Positions 25,649 through 37,680 of a stretch of 64,000 bases of DNA are shown one piece after another (the first letter of the stretch is position 1; every line of letters begins with the position of its first letter). The position numbers and the translations under genes are program-made. The stretch is from the NCBI RefSeq assembly GCF_001194135.2, contig NC_068993.1:52249762-52313761 (forward strand). The letters run 5' to 3'. Origin of the DNA: Octopus bimaculoides. Taxonomy: Eukaryota. Under the pieces are notes generated by a model. That model was not told the DNA's origin. It was given only the letters and a program-made list of their open reading frames with translations, and did no database searches.

Positions 25649-26090
25649 ATTGTGTTTATGTGTATATGAAATTTAATTTCATATATGTTGTTTTCAAAAT
25701 TTCTAAACTGTTCAACTTCATGAATTAGTAGTAATGTTTTATATTCTTAACACTAACAGCAATTGTAATAACCACTTTGACCGATCCTTTCTACCAAAAT
25801 CATGTTACTCTGGATCTCGTATCCAACCCTTATAATAAATACTTCAACCAATCCTTTCCACTTTAGAGTCACAATGCTCTTAAAGTCATCCCTCTCCAAT
25901 GTGTTTTCCCAACAAACATCTGTGCATAGCTGTTGAAGTTGAATACCAACTGCATCAATCTCACCCATCAGAAAAGGCTTGAAAATGTGCTGGCGCTATT
26001 ACTCTATCTTTGCAACTGCCAACTAAATTTTTTTTTAAATGATGAAATGGAACCACAGTTGATCACAACCCATGAAAGGAACTTTTATGT

Positions 26091-26155
26091 CAGGGCCTCT
26101 CAACCATTTGTTGTCTATGGACTCCTTTATCGTTTTTATTCTGGTGGACCCCATA
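26091..26155. mobile_element. Partial end of the hAT-Charlie MITE family seen at 61008-61266
   Basis: CAGGGCCTCTCAACCATT..CTATGGACTCC..TCTGGTGGACCCC resembles the reverse complement of 61200-61266. Confidence 0.5.
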
Positions 26156-26326
26156 GCCTTTTGGTGTTTAAAAACTAGTTTTATAGAAACTTCTTTCAAA
26201 ATTCCTGTTTTGTTTTTCACACATTAACTTGTGCAGGTCGAACTATGTAAAATGTTAGAGAAAGAAACCTAGTTGCTTCTTGCAATACAAGGTATCAAAA
26301 AGTTACCAGACTAGTTCTGTAGCATG

Positions 26327-26342
26327 CCAACAGGTGGCAGCA
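26327..26342 (+). promoter_or_regulatory. CTCF-like motif CCAACAGGTGGCAGCA
   Basis: Close match to the bilaterian CTCF core CCANNAGRKGGCRSYR in locally unique sequence; motif only. Confidence 0.3.
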
Positions 26343-26919
26343 CACAGCTGCATGTGAAGTGGGAGCTAGCAGTGACCTTCATGAGACAGTGTGCCAAGTG
26401 ACATCACTGTGTTTACTTCGTAGGTTGTGAAAATTTGTTTTTGTGATCATGTGTATGTTGTAGTCTGTGATTTTTATCATGGATAGGAAGTGGGAATAAA
26501 GAGCCAACATAAAATTTTGGATTTTTTTTTTACATAAATTCAAACATGTCTTATGTAATTCAAAATATTTCAATGTGTCCTTCAGTTAAACCCATTTAGT
26601 TCAGACTATTGCAATTTTTCTTCTCTTGTACACATTTCTTACTATATATATATATATATATATAGTCACTACTTAGTTTCTACATTACATAAATGCCTAA
26701 AACAATAAAAATATTGCTTAGGTTCCAGGTTATACATTTTGTTGTTTCTTTTCAAATTATGTAACTATATCTATAGCCATGTATAATTGATGTGTGTAGA
26801 ATAGCCGATAGCTGATGAACTATGTATTGCTTGGGAAATATCGCCAGAAAGATGGTATTTATTGATATGCATTTACATATAATACTTATATCGTCTCCAT
26901 CTTATATACACCATACTCA

Positions 26920-27150
26920 TTATGACTGATACCATCGTCGTTGTCGTCGTCGTCATCATCATCATCATCACAACCACCACCATCATTGTCATCATCATTA
27001 TCATCATCACCACTGTCATCATCATCTCCGCCATCATCATCGTTATCACTGCCACCACTACCACCAACACAACCATCATCATCATCATCACCATCACCAT
27101 CATCATCATCATCATCATCACCATCATCATCATCATTATCATCATCATCA
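26920..27150. repeat. Degenerate (CAT)n/(CAC)n microsatellite
   Basis: Direct inspection; gives rise to low-complexity spurious ORFs. Confidence 0.9.
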
Positions 27151-27323
27151 TCTTTTTAACATGTTTTTTTTTTTCTCTTATTACTCGAGACGTAAACATA
27201 GACATATTTGTTTCATAGGATATGATGGTTTCTTTCTGTGTTAGAAAATGATAGAGCTTATTAAGAAATCGTTAAAAAAAAAGAAAAATACTTTTTTTTT
27301 TCTCTTGGCATCCTTAACCAAAC

Positions 27324-27409
<86 letters not shown>

Positions 27410-28479
27410 CTATTTCCACCATAACTCGGTTAAGTTACTGAAACAGAATAACTACTTGTTTGTGTTCTGTTACTTCTCTAAATCTCAATAAATATTTGCA
27501 GTCCATGTATTCTTTCAGGTTCTTTACATGCTAGCATGAGATATTTTTCTTAATTCTAACTTTATAGTTCATAGTCATTATACAGCAAGACAGTCAGGTC
27601 AGCTCAGTCACTGGAAGACATGTCTTACAGATAAAACTGACGACGGTTGAAGAAGAATGGGCGGAGATTGTTAGATAGATGAGTGTAATGTATGGCTGTG
27701 AAAGTGGATGGTGAACCATTTATAATTATGATTGTGGCTCGTGACCGTGATCACATGACCATAATCATGTGACTGACCAGACTGTTAGATGTTGTTACAC
27801 ATCGCTGGTCACAATGCACTTTGCATTGTTTTAGCCATCAAATGACATCACCCTGCTGGCTAAGCAAGCAAGCTAGCATTCCCCCTGATTGAAAGGGGGT
27901 TGGAGTAATGTGAAATGATGTGTTTTTTTCCACCCAGTCTCAGAATCGAACTCTTGGTCTAGCAATCATGAGTGCAACAGCCTTGTAGTGTTGGACATGT
28001 TGATGGATACTGCATTGATATGCATTATCGAGAAACAATACCTAAAAATTGTGGATTAAATGCTGTCTCATCTTATTCTTATTTCTTTCTGAATGAACTT
28101 TTTAGCTTTTAAATGTGCCATATTATCCAGCCCAAATATTCTGCTTGCTTTACGTTGAAACTGACCAGATCTTGCCTTTCACACCTACCCAGCAATGTCA
28201 TTCTGAAAATAAACAATCACATTGTTGAAGTCTTGAAACTCTGAGATAATGCATGATCAGCTAAAAAAACAATGCGAATGAATAAGCATTACATTTCACA
28301 AAGAAATCTGAATGTTAAAGAGTGAAAAAAGTTGGATAGCACTGAAAGCGCTGATCTTCAGAGCAGTTGTTTTAGAGCCAGATAACTTTTACAATAGCTA
28401 ACACTTATTTCAAGACGAGAGAATTCTTCTTATTTATTTTATATATTCGTTTGCTTAATCTATCTATCTATCTATCTAT

Positions 28480-28518
<39 letters not shown>

Positions 28519-29062
28519 AATTTATTAATAATAGCATAGCATCATTGGTTTCTGCATTTACAATAGAAACAAAGCGACAGAGAAAGTAGGAAGCATCTAA
28601 TACAACGCAGAACAAATATCACAAGAGACTTCATTCAAAGAGCACCAGTCTTTTGGAATGTTTTTTACTTCTTGCCAGCATTTACATCTTTTCATATCTA
28701 TTGATTATTTGTAGTTGCTGAGGCCACAAACTCCTCTGTGTACTCTGTGACTTGATGCTAGTTAGGCTAAAGGTTAAGGATAAAATAAACTTCAAAGAGC
28801 TGTTTCTAATTGTATATTATATCTGCAAAAAATATACACATATGAGCTTATGTATGTGTGTGTGTGTGTATACATATATAATCATCATCATCCTCAGTAT
28901 ATTTGTCATCATCATCATCTCTTTATGTCCATTTTCACATACTTTGTGTGTGTATATATATATACCCACACACTTACAACATGACCACATCTTTAAAGCT
29001 GAAACACTTGAAAGAATTTAAATAATATATACACTAATAATTTGTTGGTACAAATCATTAGT

Positions 29063-29517
29063 ATATATACTATAAAGTATATTATACATTTTTATAAGTC
29101 AATACCATGTTCTACTGTGTCAGCAGTGCACTTTTACATTATTTGTTAAGGTTATTTCTACAGATATTCTATAGAAATTATAGCCAATGAGATTGAAGAT
29201 GAAAAATGGGTAATGACCATATATGGTCATATTTCGGAGGTTTTTGCCCCTTCATCAGCACCACTAACCCATTAATCATCCTTGAACACATTGCTTAAAT
29301 AGCCACCACATGTAGCAGTATAAAGCCATTGGTTATACCAATTTACATATTAAACACATTCCTGGAAGCTGGTACTTAAATATTAATGATTTGTACGTAT
29401 GTGGTATTTCGTTATGCAACCATAATATATTATAAAGTATATTAAATGTTTTTATAAGTCAATACCATGTTCTACTGTGTTAGCAGTGCGCTTTTACATT
29501 CTTTGTTATAGTTATTT
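29063..29517 (-). mobile_element. Retrozyme/Penelope-like unit: 360-bp monomer plus 87-bp partial tandem repeat, with hammerhead-like motif
   Basis: Direct repeats 29071-29157 and 29431-29517 (offset 360); minus strand CTGATGA-AGGGGCAAAAACCTCC-GAAA-palindrome ATGACCATATATGGTCAT at 29208-29258. Confidence 0.5.
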
Positions 29518-30101
29518 GTTTGTTTACATCTGACGTCTCATATACGAAACACAGTATTAATAGCTTTACATGTGCTTCGATATTCAGTTGCAAAATTTCT
29601 GCCATGGTTGACTTTGCCTTTCATCCTTTCAGGGTTGATAAATTAACCACCAGTTGTGTACTGGAGTTGATCTACTTGACTGGCCCCCTCCTCCAAAATT
29701 TCGGGGCTTTATACCTAGTGTAGAAAAGAATATTCAGTTCCAAAATAAAATTATACATGTACACACATACACTCTCGCACATGCACACGCACACACACAC
29801 ACACACTCACACACACACACACACACCCACACTCACACGCACACACACACACCACACACACACACATACACACACAAATATATTACTGAAATGTCTGAAT
29901 ATAGTATATATACAAATTAACTATTAGCTTCCATGCAATTTCTGTTTACCAAATTCCACTTACACGATATTGGTCAACCAAAAGCTTTGGTAAGAAACAC
30001 TTACCCATGGTACAAGATAGTGGACACCAAATCTAGACCTTCATACTTGTGAACTATGCAACCATATTCCCGTGCTGCCCTTCAAAACACTTGTTCTCCA
30101 G

Positions 30102-30152
30102 ATTATTTGTAATTGCTGACACAACAGACTCCTGTGTACTTTATAATTTGAA
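30102..30152 (+). CDS. Candidate symmetric 51-nt exon (LFVIADTTDSCVLYNL)
   Basis: CTTGTTCTCCAG acceptor, GAA|GTTGGT donor, phase 2-2; a disrupted duplicate lies at 28703-28812. Confidence 0.35.
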
Positions 30153-30591
30153 GTTGGTTGGTTTAAAGGTTAAAGATAAAGAAACTTCAAAGAGCCGCTT
30201 TTAATTGCGGAACAAAGAGTGATAATTACTCTATTAGGCTGCTTATAAAGCCAAAGCAAGTATGTGAGATTATAATATATTAGCAATAAAATAAAAGAAA
30301 GTTTTGCATCCCTGATCATTAGAAAGTACTTTTTTGTCCAGCAAAATGAATCTTTCTACTGTTTTTTCACTTCCCTCTCTACTCCATCTTTTACTTTTAA
30401 ATGTATTCCTTTTTATTAACCTCTGACCACTTGGCATAGCTCCACCACCTTCTTTATTACAGCCCTACTCAGTCAAGGGTTTTTTGTTTGTCTTATGATT
30501 TATTTGATGACTTCACCTCTGGTGGTGGTGAAGTAGTCATAATCTGAAATATCAATTTCCATTTTAATAATTGGTGTACAGTATATAGTTT

Positions 30592-30800
30592 TTTCTGTTG
30601 TGTCTGAGGAGAGTTTTTCTTTCTTTTTTTTCATGCCTTATAATTTAACACACTCACCGGGTAAAATCTCCACTTATTTTTTATTTTTATTTTCCTAAAA
30701 TTTTCGTTGTGTCTTGCAACCTTTTCAGTAGTCAAGAGTGTGTTAAATTATAAGGCACAAAAAGAAAATGACTCTCCCCAGACACAACAAAATATGCTTC
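30592..30800. mobile_element. Foldback element with ~65-bp imperfect arms (22-bp perfect core) and 80-bp spacer
   Basis: TGCCTTATAATTTAACACACTC (30634-30655) is the exact reverse complement of 30736-30757; the arms extend to TTGTGTCTGAGGAGAG / CTCTCCCCAGACACAA. Confidence 0.7.
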
Positions 30801-31772
30801 AACACACGAACTCACATAAAGAATCTTGCAAACCAAATCCAAAAACGAAATATATAGTTTTTGTTTTAATTAAAAAAAAAAATTTTTTTTGTTAACATTT
30901 AGTCAGCATAAAGGGACAGTAATGGCTATGACCCTTTTCAGGGGTTCAATGTAGAGGTAGAAAGGATGACATACTGAAATCTGATTCAGATGCTTGCGAC
31001 TAAGTGGTGGTGTTAAATTGGACGATGGGTTAGGATTAAGTCTGTTTTCATGTTAGCCACAACAGAATTTTCAAACCCAGAACAGAAAGAGCCTGATCAA
31101 TTACCACAAGGTATCACCTTCAATGCTCTAACATTTCCTCCAATCTGCTACTTTATACATTAGTCCCACCTTGGCAGGATTCGAACATGAAATCTAATAC
31201 TTAGTGATGAAGATTTTCTGTCTGTCAGTCTCACCAATGCACTGAAGAACACTTCTGTATTAATTATATATGATTACATACGTGTCTACAAATCATTCTC
31301 CATTCTTTTCTCCAAGACTTTTTTTTTCTTTTCTTCTCTCTTTCTCTCTCTCTATTTCTTTACTGTTATTCAAACCATTAATTGTTCATAATTGGCCTCA
31401 TGTTTTCTCTCCTTTCGTCTTCTTTGTCATTATGCACTTTATCAAGATGTTATTCAAAACTAACAGGAAATGACCTTCTCATAAGTTCTAAGGTGTTGGG
31501 GGTGGGGAGTTTATTATCCAACATTTATTGTTGATTGTTAATTCTCCCTACACCCCCCACACTATGTCCCAATTATAGAGAGCTTACTGAAACTAATAAG
31601 GTTAATTGTTAATCAGAAATCCTCATTAGCATGTGGACTTTCTAATAACATTTAGCTTTTAATCTTGTTTTAACTCAGTTTATTATTAAACTAATTACCA
31701 ACCAGAATGACTAAAATAGTCATATAATTAACATCTTCTGTGGCTATCCCCATCCTATCTCTTTCTTTCTCT

Positions 31773-31814
<42 letters not shown>

Positions 31815-32529
31815 NNNNNNNNNNNNNNNNNNNNNNNNNNNNNNNNNNNNNNNNNNNNNNNNNNNNNNNNNNNNNNNNNNNNNNNNNNNNNNNNNNNNNN
31901 NNNNNNNNNNNNNNNNNNNNNNNNNNNNNNNNNNNNNNNNNNNNNNNNNNNNNNNNNNNNNNNNNNNNNNNNNNNNNNNNNNNNNNNNNNNNNNNNNNNN
32001 NNNNNNNNNNNNNNNNNNNNNNNNNNNNNNNNNNNNNNNNNNNNNNNNNNNNNNNNNNNNNNNNNNNNNNNNNNNNNNNNNNNNNNNNNNNNNNNNNNNN
32101 NNNNNNNNNNNNNNNNNNNNNNNNNNNNNNNNNNNNNNNNNNNNNNNNNNNNNNNNNNNNNNNNNNNNNNNNNNNNNNNNNNNNNNNNNNNNNNNNNNNN
32201 NNNNNNNNNNNNNNNNNNNNNNNNNNNNNNNNNNNNNNNNNNNNNNNNNNNNNNNNNNNNNNNNNNNNNNNNNNNNNNNNNNNNNNNNNNNNNNNNNNNN
32301 NNNNNNNNNNNTATATATATAGTGTACTATTCCATTGGGGTAGTATCAACCCCAAAAAAGTACTCTATCCAGTGAGAGATAAACATCATTTAATGTATAT
32401 TGTATTAAAATAAGAGCTACTAATAGTGTTTTGTCATTGAGACATGTGTTAAGGCAGAGTTTTATAATGTGTTTTGTGTCTCCAAGCAATCTCAAGCTCT
32501 GGGCACTTTGTATGTATATACACGCGCAT

Positions 32530-32596
<67 letters not shown>

Positions 32597-33371
32597 ACAA
32601 GAGAGAGAGCAAATGGCGAAGGTCAGGTTGGGTGTGAAATTGAGGTATTTCCAGAAAAGCAATCGACCTAAATATTGGGCTATCATCACAGTTGGGATCT
32701 AAGCCAAAGTCGGAATACTTCAGGTGTAGAAGATCCAAGTTTCACAACGATTATACTATCATATGGGTTTGGCGAAGAGTAAATAATCCAATGAAAAGAA
32801 GAAAACAAAGAAAATTCTTTAACACATCTTTAATTATAAGTTACAAATGTTCCTGTCCCATCTCCGTTTGCAACATCATTTTACATGAAAATTCTTAATG
32901 AAAAATCAGGTAATATTTGTCTAAAGCCACAAATATTATGCAATTTTTCATTTAGAATTTTCGCATAAACTGGTGTTGCAAATGGAGGTGGTTTAAAATG
33001 GTAATCAAAAGTCGTTGGGAAACACTGTTTTAAGTCATCTTCTGGATACATTTGATCAAATTCCTTTTCATCTTCATCAGAATATCAGAATATCCTTGTT
33101 TTAATTCCTGCAGTACTTCTACAGTTGTGAACATCCTACACTTTTGCCTTTTTTCTCTGGATGTTGCTAGCTGTGATCAACTTCACTTAGTGTTTAAAAA
33201 TTAAAAATAATAATAATAATTCTACAAAAGTACCTTACACCAAGCAGGCAGTTGTTAACAAACTAATACTGCAGTGATGACAAATCTTTATTCTAAGTAG
33301 CTGATTTATTTTTAGTTTGACCTAGTTTTAATATGGTGTTTCCCCATTTCTGCTTTCTGCTGTGTCTGCAG

Positions 33372-33427
33372 GGTATGGAGTTCAACAGAATGTCAAACCT
33401 GAAATTCCTGCTACACAATTGGATAGA
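33372..33427 (+). CDS. Candidate exon (GYGVQQNVKPEIPATQLDR)
   Basis: Strong TTCTGCTTTCTGCTGTGTCTGCAG acceptor; frame and donor (GTTAAA) are ambiguous. Confidence 0.3.
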
Positions 33428-35006
33428 GTTAAATTTCAATGAATTAAATCATAAACTGTATCAGTGCACAACAGAAATCAAGTGCTGACAAGCCCTCACC
33501 TAGACAAAGAGAAATGGCCATCGACTCTTTGTAACGCATTTAACTATTGTTCTCAACACTTTGTTCTTTTTTGATTAATATGATAAGAAAACTTAATTTA
33601 TATTTCAGAATAGTAAGAAGATACTTCTTGGTACTTCATGTTTAATCTAAGGAAATTGTTATTGTAAAGCAGTGTCAGTCAGTTCTGTACAAATTGATCA
33701 TGAAAGTAACCAATTAAAGAATTGTTTTATCACTGTTCTAATCATGGCAATTCCATCTTTATTTTTGGTGTTGTCCTCACACTTCGTAATTTAACATGTC
33801 TCCACTTTAATGACAGTAAAAAGTCTGTTGAAGAAAATTTGGCTGCTTCGATAAGTAGGCCAAGTGACCATATAAAATATGTCTTATTAATTTGTGTTGC
33901 TTTGTAGTTGTTATAAAATTTGTTGTTTGCTGAAATTATCTGGAAGACAATTGTTTAAATTTAATGTAGCTATTTTATAGCTCTTGAGTTGCAGAATAGA
34001 GGCGGTGGGTAGGGCAATTTAGTGAGGTTGGTGGTGAAAAGAATCTAGATCTGTGGTTAAGAAGTTTGCTTTGCAACCACATGATTTCAAGTTCAGACCC
34101 ACTGAACAGTACCTTGGTAAGTGTCTTCCACTATATCCCTGGGCTGACTAATGACTTTGTAACTGAATTTGGAGGATGGAAACTGTGTGGAAGCCCATTG
34201 TATTTTTTTATATATATATATAGTCAACAAATGGGATCCATAAATTGTGAGTATAGGAAACACTGAGTAGCACTCAAATGATTCAAACTTAGACTCCAAT
34301 GTCTTTACAAATGGAGGAAAGAATGGCTAAAAGAAGGATCAAGTGGAGCAAATATGGAGATACTTATGTCACTTTTCTTCCTCCCCTTTAACTTCCTCTG
34401 TCATTTGTACTCTGTGTAAGTTGGATCTAAAATTTATTGAAAAAGAAGCCGCAATAATTATGCACCAACCCAATATATTATGTTTGTGCGTATGTATGAA
34501 TTAACACATAACATGCTGACAGCAAACACATATACAAATATAACATGTTGGTATCTGCGACAGGCAGTTAAGATGGACTTGTAATGATACTTCAGGAAAT
34601 ACATCCATAGTAAAAATAAATAACTTTAGTAAATATATGAAGCGAAAGCATAAAATATCATGAAACTCTGGCTAAAAATGGTAGTGTGTTTTCTGCTTCA
34701 CAGCTATTTCTATTTTAAGCCAGTAATCATTTCACGAGCTGATATTTTTGAAGTTTATATAGATATCTTGTTATTGCCAATATACAGACTTCATCAGTGC
34801 CAACTAATGGAATGAAACCAAAGTAAATACACAGAACTGTATCTAACATGTATATTGAACCTCTTGTACATCTTGAAAATTCTTGGAAACTGAAGTCTGT
34901 TTCATAGATTATACACAGTTTGGTAATATTGATGGTATGCAATGTTTACTTTTAATTTAACTCTATGAGTGTGTGTGTGTGGATTAGTGTCTGTGTCTGC
35001 GTGTGG

Positions 35007-35048
<42 letters not shown>

Positions 35049-35262
35049 AGAGCTAATATTTGTAGTCCATAGTTCCGCATTCTGTGTTTATAGTTAATAC
35101 AAAGAATACAAACAAACACATACATTTGCACATTCATAATTACCGCACGTAATCCTTCAATAACACCTTGCTTTCTAATTAGGTTAGTTAACTTTTAACA
35201 TTCTTCCCTTTATTTGTTTTCTTGAACTCATTCTGACTTTCTGTTTGTGTGTCTGTGTATAA

Positions 35263-35294
<32 letters not shown>

Positions 35295-36008
35295 CTTCTT
35301 CTTCTTCTTCTTCTTCTTCTCCTTCTCCTCCTCCTTCTCCCCCTCCTCCTCCTCCTCCTCCTCTTTCTTCTTCTTCTTCTTCTTCTTCTTCTTCTTCTCC
35401 TNNNNNNNNNNATATATATATATATACATATATGTTATTATCGAAATCTTATTTACAACCCTATTGCTATATGTGATACCAATAATTCACATCACTATAC
35501 ATCAGCTATACCTTACGGTGACTGTATCCTTCATGTTCCTTACATTAAAAATGATTTAATAATGCATCAGGACAATTGCAATTTATATTTAGCCAAAGGT
35601 AATAATAATAATAATAATAACAATAATCCTTTCTACTATAAGCACAAGGCCTGAAATTTGTGGGGAAGTGACTAGTGAATTACATCGACCCCCAACATTT
35701 GACTGGTACTTATTTCATCGACCCCGAAAGGATGAAAGGCAAAGTTGACCTCAGTGGAATTCGAACTCAGAATGTAAAGACAGATGAAATGCTGCTAAGC
35801 ATTTTGCTCTGCATGCTTAACAATTCTGCCAGCTAGCTGACTTAATAATAATGATAATAATAATGATAATAATAATGATAATAATAATAGTAAAAAAAAA
35901 AAAAAAGAGTGCCATTGTTATCAAGTGAACAATATTTCGGCATCTAGTGTGCCTTCCACAGGTTCACAAAATAAACTTGTCAATCTACTTCATTTTTGGT
36001 AATATTTT

Positions 36009-36100
36009 ATAAGATTGGGGTAACTCCTCCAGGAGGTATACAGAACCAAAAAAAGAAGAGTACTTCTGTATACCTTCTGGAGGAGTTACTTCAATCCTAT
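36009..36100 (+). other. 92-nt hairpin: 37-bp stem, 18-nt loop
   Basis: Arms 36009-36045 and 36064-36100 are 33/37 complementary; the four differences give three G:U pairs and one A:C on the plus-strand RNA. Confidence 0.9.
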
Positions 36101-36332
36101 AATAATAACAATAATAATCCTTTCTACTTAAGGCACAAGGCCTGAAATTATGGGGAAGGGAACTAGTTGATTACATCAACCCAGTGATCAACTGGTAATT
36201 ATTTTATCAACTCTGAAAGAATGGAAGGCAGAGTTGACCTCGGCAGAACTTGAATTCAGAACATAACAATGGGCAAAATACCACTAAGCATTTCGTCCAG
36301 TGTGCTAACAATTCTGCCAGCTCACCACCTGC

Positions 36333-36612
<280 letters not shown>

Positions 36613-36935
36613 CCCTGATGCAGTAGCAGGCAGTGGCTTTCATTGCTTCTGATCTTAACTGATTGGAAGTTAAGAAAATTCTGAGCCCCACCTGCAAGGT
36701 CATGTGCTATTTATCTTGATATGAACTCACCATGTTGTGTACATATGGTTCTGATGCATATAACTGGTGTGCCTTTATCAGATGGGTAGTCATGATGGGC
36801 ATAATGGGCTTCGTATATTTTACTCCAGTGTCACTTTGATGGCATGCACTGCTCTGTCTCTCGTTCTCAATAATAATAATAATGGAGCATTGTCATTGAT
36901 TTTTGATTAACACAAATTTTCTGTTGTTCTTGCAG

Positions 36936-36994
36936 TGGTTGTGTGTTTACCTGTTCTGGGTTCTAGAGAGCAAGACAAACGTGGTGTGATAGTA
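36936..36994 (+). CDS. Candidate internal exon (xVVCLPVLGSREQDKRGVIV), GAF-like strand pattern
   Basis: TTTTCTGTTGTTCTTGCAG acceptor, GTA|GTAAGT donor; only one frame is open (phase 1 to 0). Confidence 0.55.
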
Positions 36995-37312
36995 GTAAGT
37001 ATGACTTAACCATTTTCTTACCATATATATTGTGAAATATATTGCATTTGTTTCAGTTAATTTCGGAAAATAATGAAGAATTTAGTGAAATGACTATCGT
37101 TATTAAGCTGATGTTTGGAACATAAATCAACGTGATATTTTGATGTGATTTTCATATGAATATCTCATCAAAATGTCATGTTAATTAGATCACTTGAAGG
37201 CATGAAGTTTTTTTATCCTAGAAACCAAGAATACTCTTGAGTTGGTATCCAGGGCACTCCAGTTAAGGTTGAAATATTCTTGCTTCCATTCTAAAAAAGA
37301 AAAAGATAATAA

Positions 37313-37680
37313 TAGCAAGAGCTCTCAGAGAGTGCAAACCTCCACCAAAGCAACGCCAACGACCTCTCAACAATTAGCCAGAGATGATTTTTAAAATGAG
37401 AATATCTAAAAATAAACTCGACTGCTCTCACAAACGAGAATACTAAAAATGAACCCAACCGCTCTCAAAAATTAAGTAAAAAGACTCGAAAAATAATCCA
37501 GAATCCTTGTCCAGTGCCAGATTGATCCCAAAATTTAATCAGTTTGAGCTAGTCATGAGGCCAAACATCCCTGAAAGTTTCATCCGAATTCATCCAGCAG
37601 TTCTTGAGATATCTTGTCCATGGGCAAACAAACAAACACAACTGAAAACAATACCTCCACCTTCACTAAGGTGGCGGTAA
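37313..37680 (+). mobile_element. Helentron-type non-autonomous element (HINE/DINE-like)
   Basis: 5' subterminal ACCTCCACCAAAG is complementary to the 3' arm of the terminal hairpin TACCTCCACCTT-CACT-AAGGTGGCGGTA; there is no TSD and it sits in a TAA/TT context. Confidence 0.6.

Noticed and set aside
32325-32375. GGGG/CCCC stem followed by AAAAGTACTC palindrome
   Set aside because: The CUGANGA core is absent and stem I does not pair; too degenerate to call.
32346-32898. 130-aa minus ORF and the plus-strand ATGGCG start near 32613
   Set aside because: Half of the ORF is microsatellite. No recognisable domain or consistent splice signals were found, and plus frames close within 30 codons.
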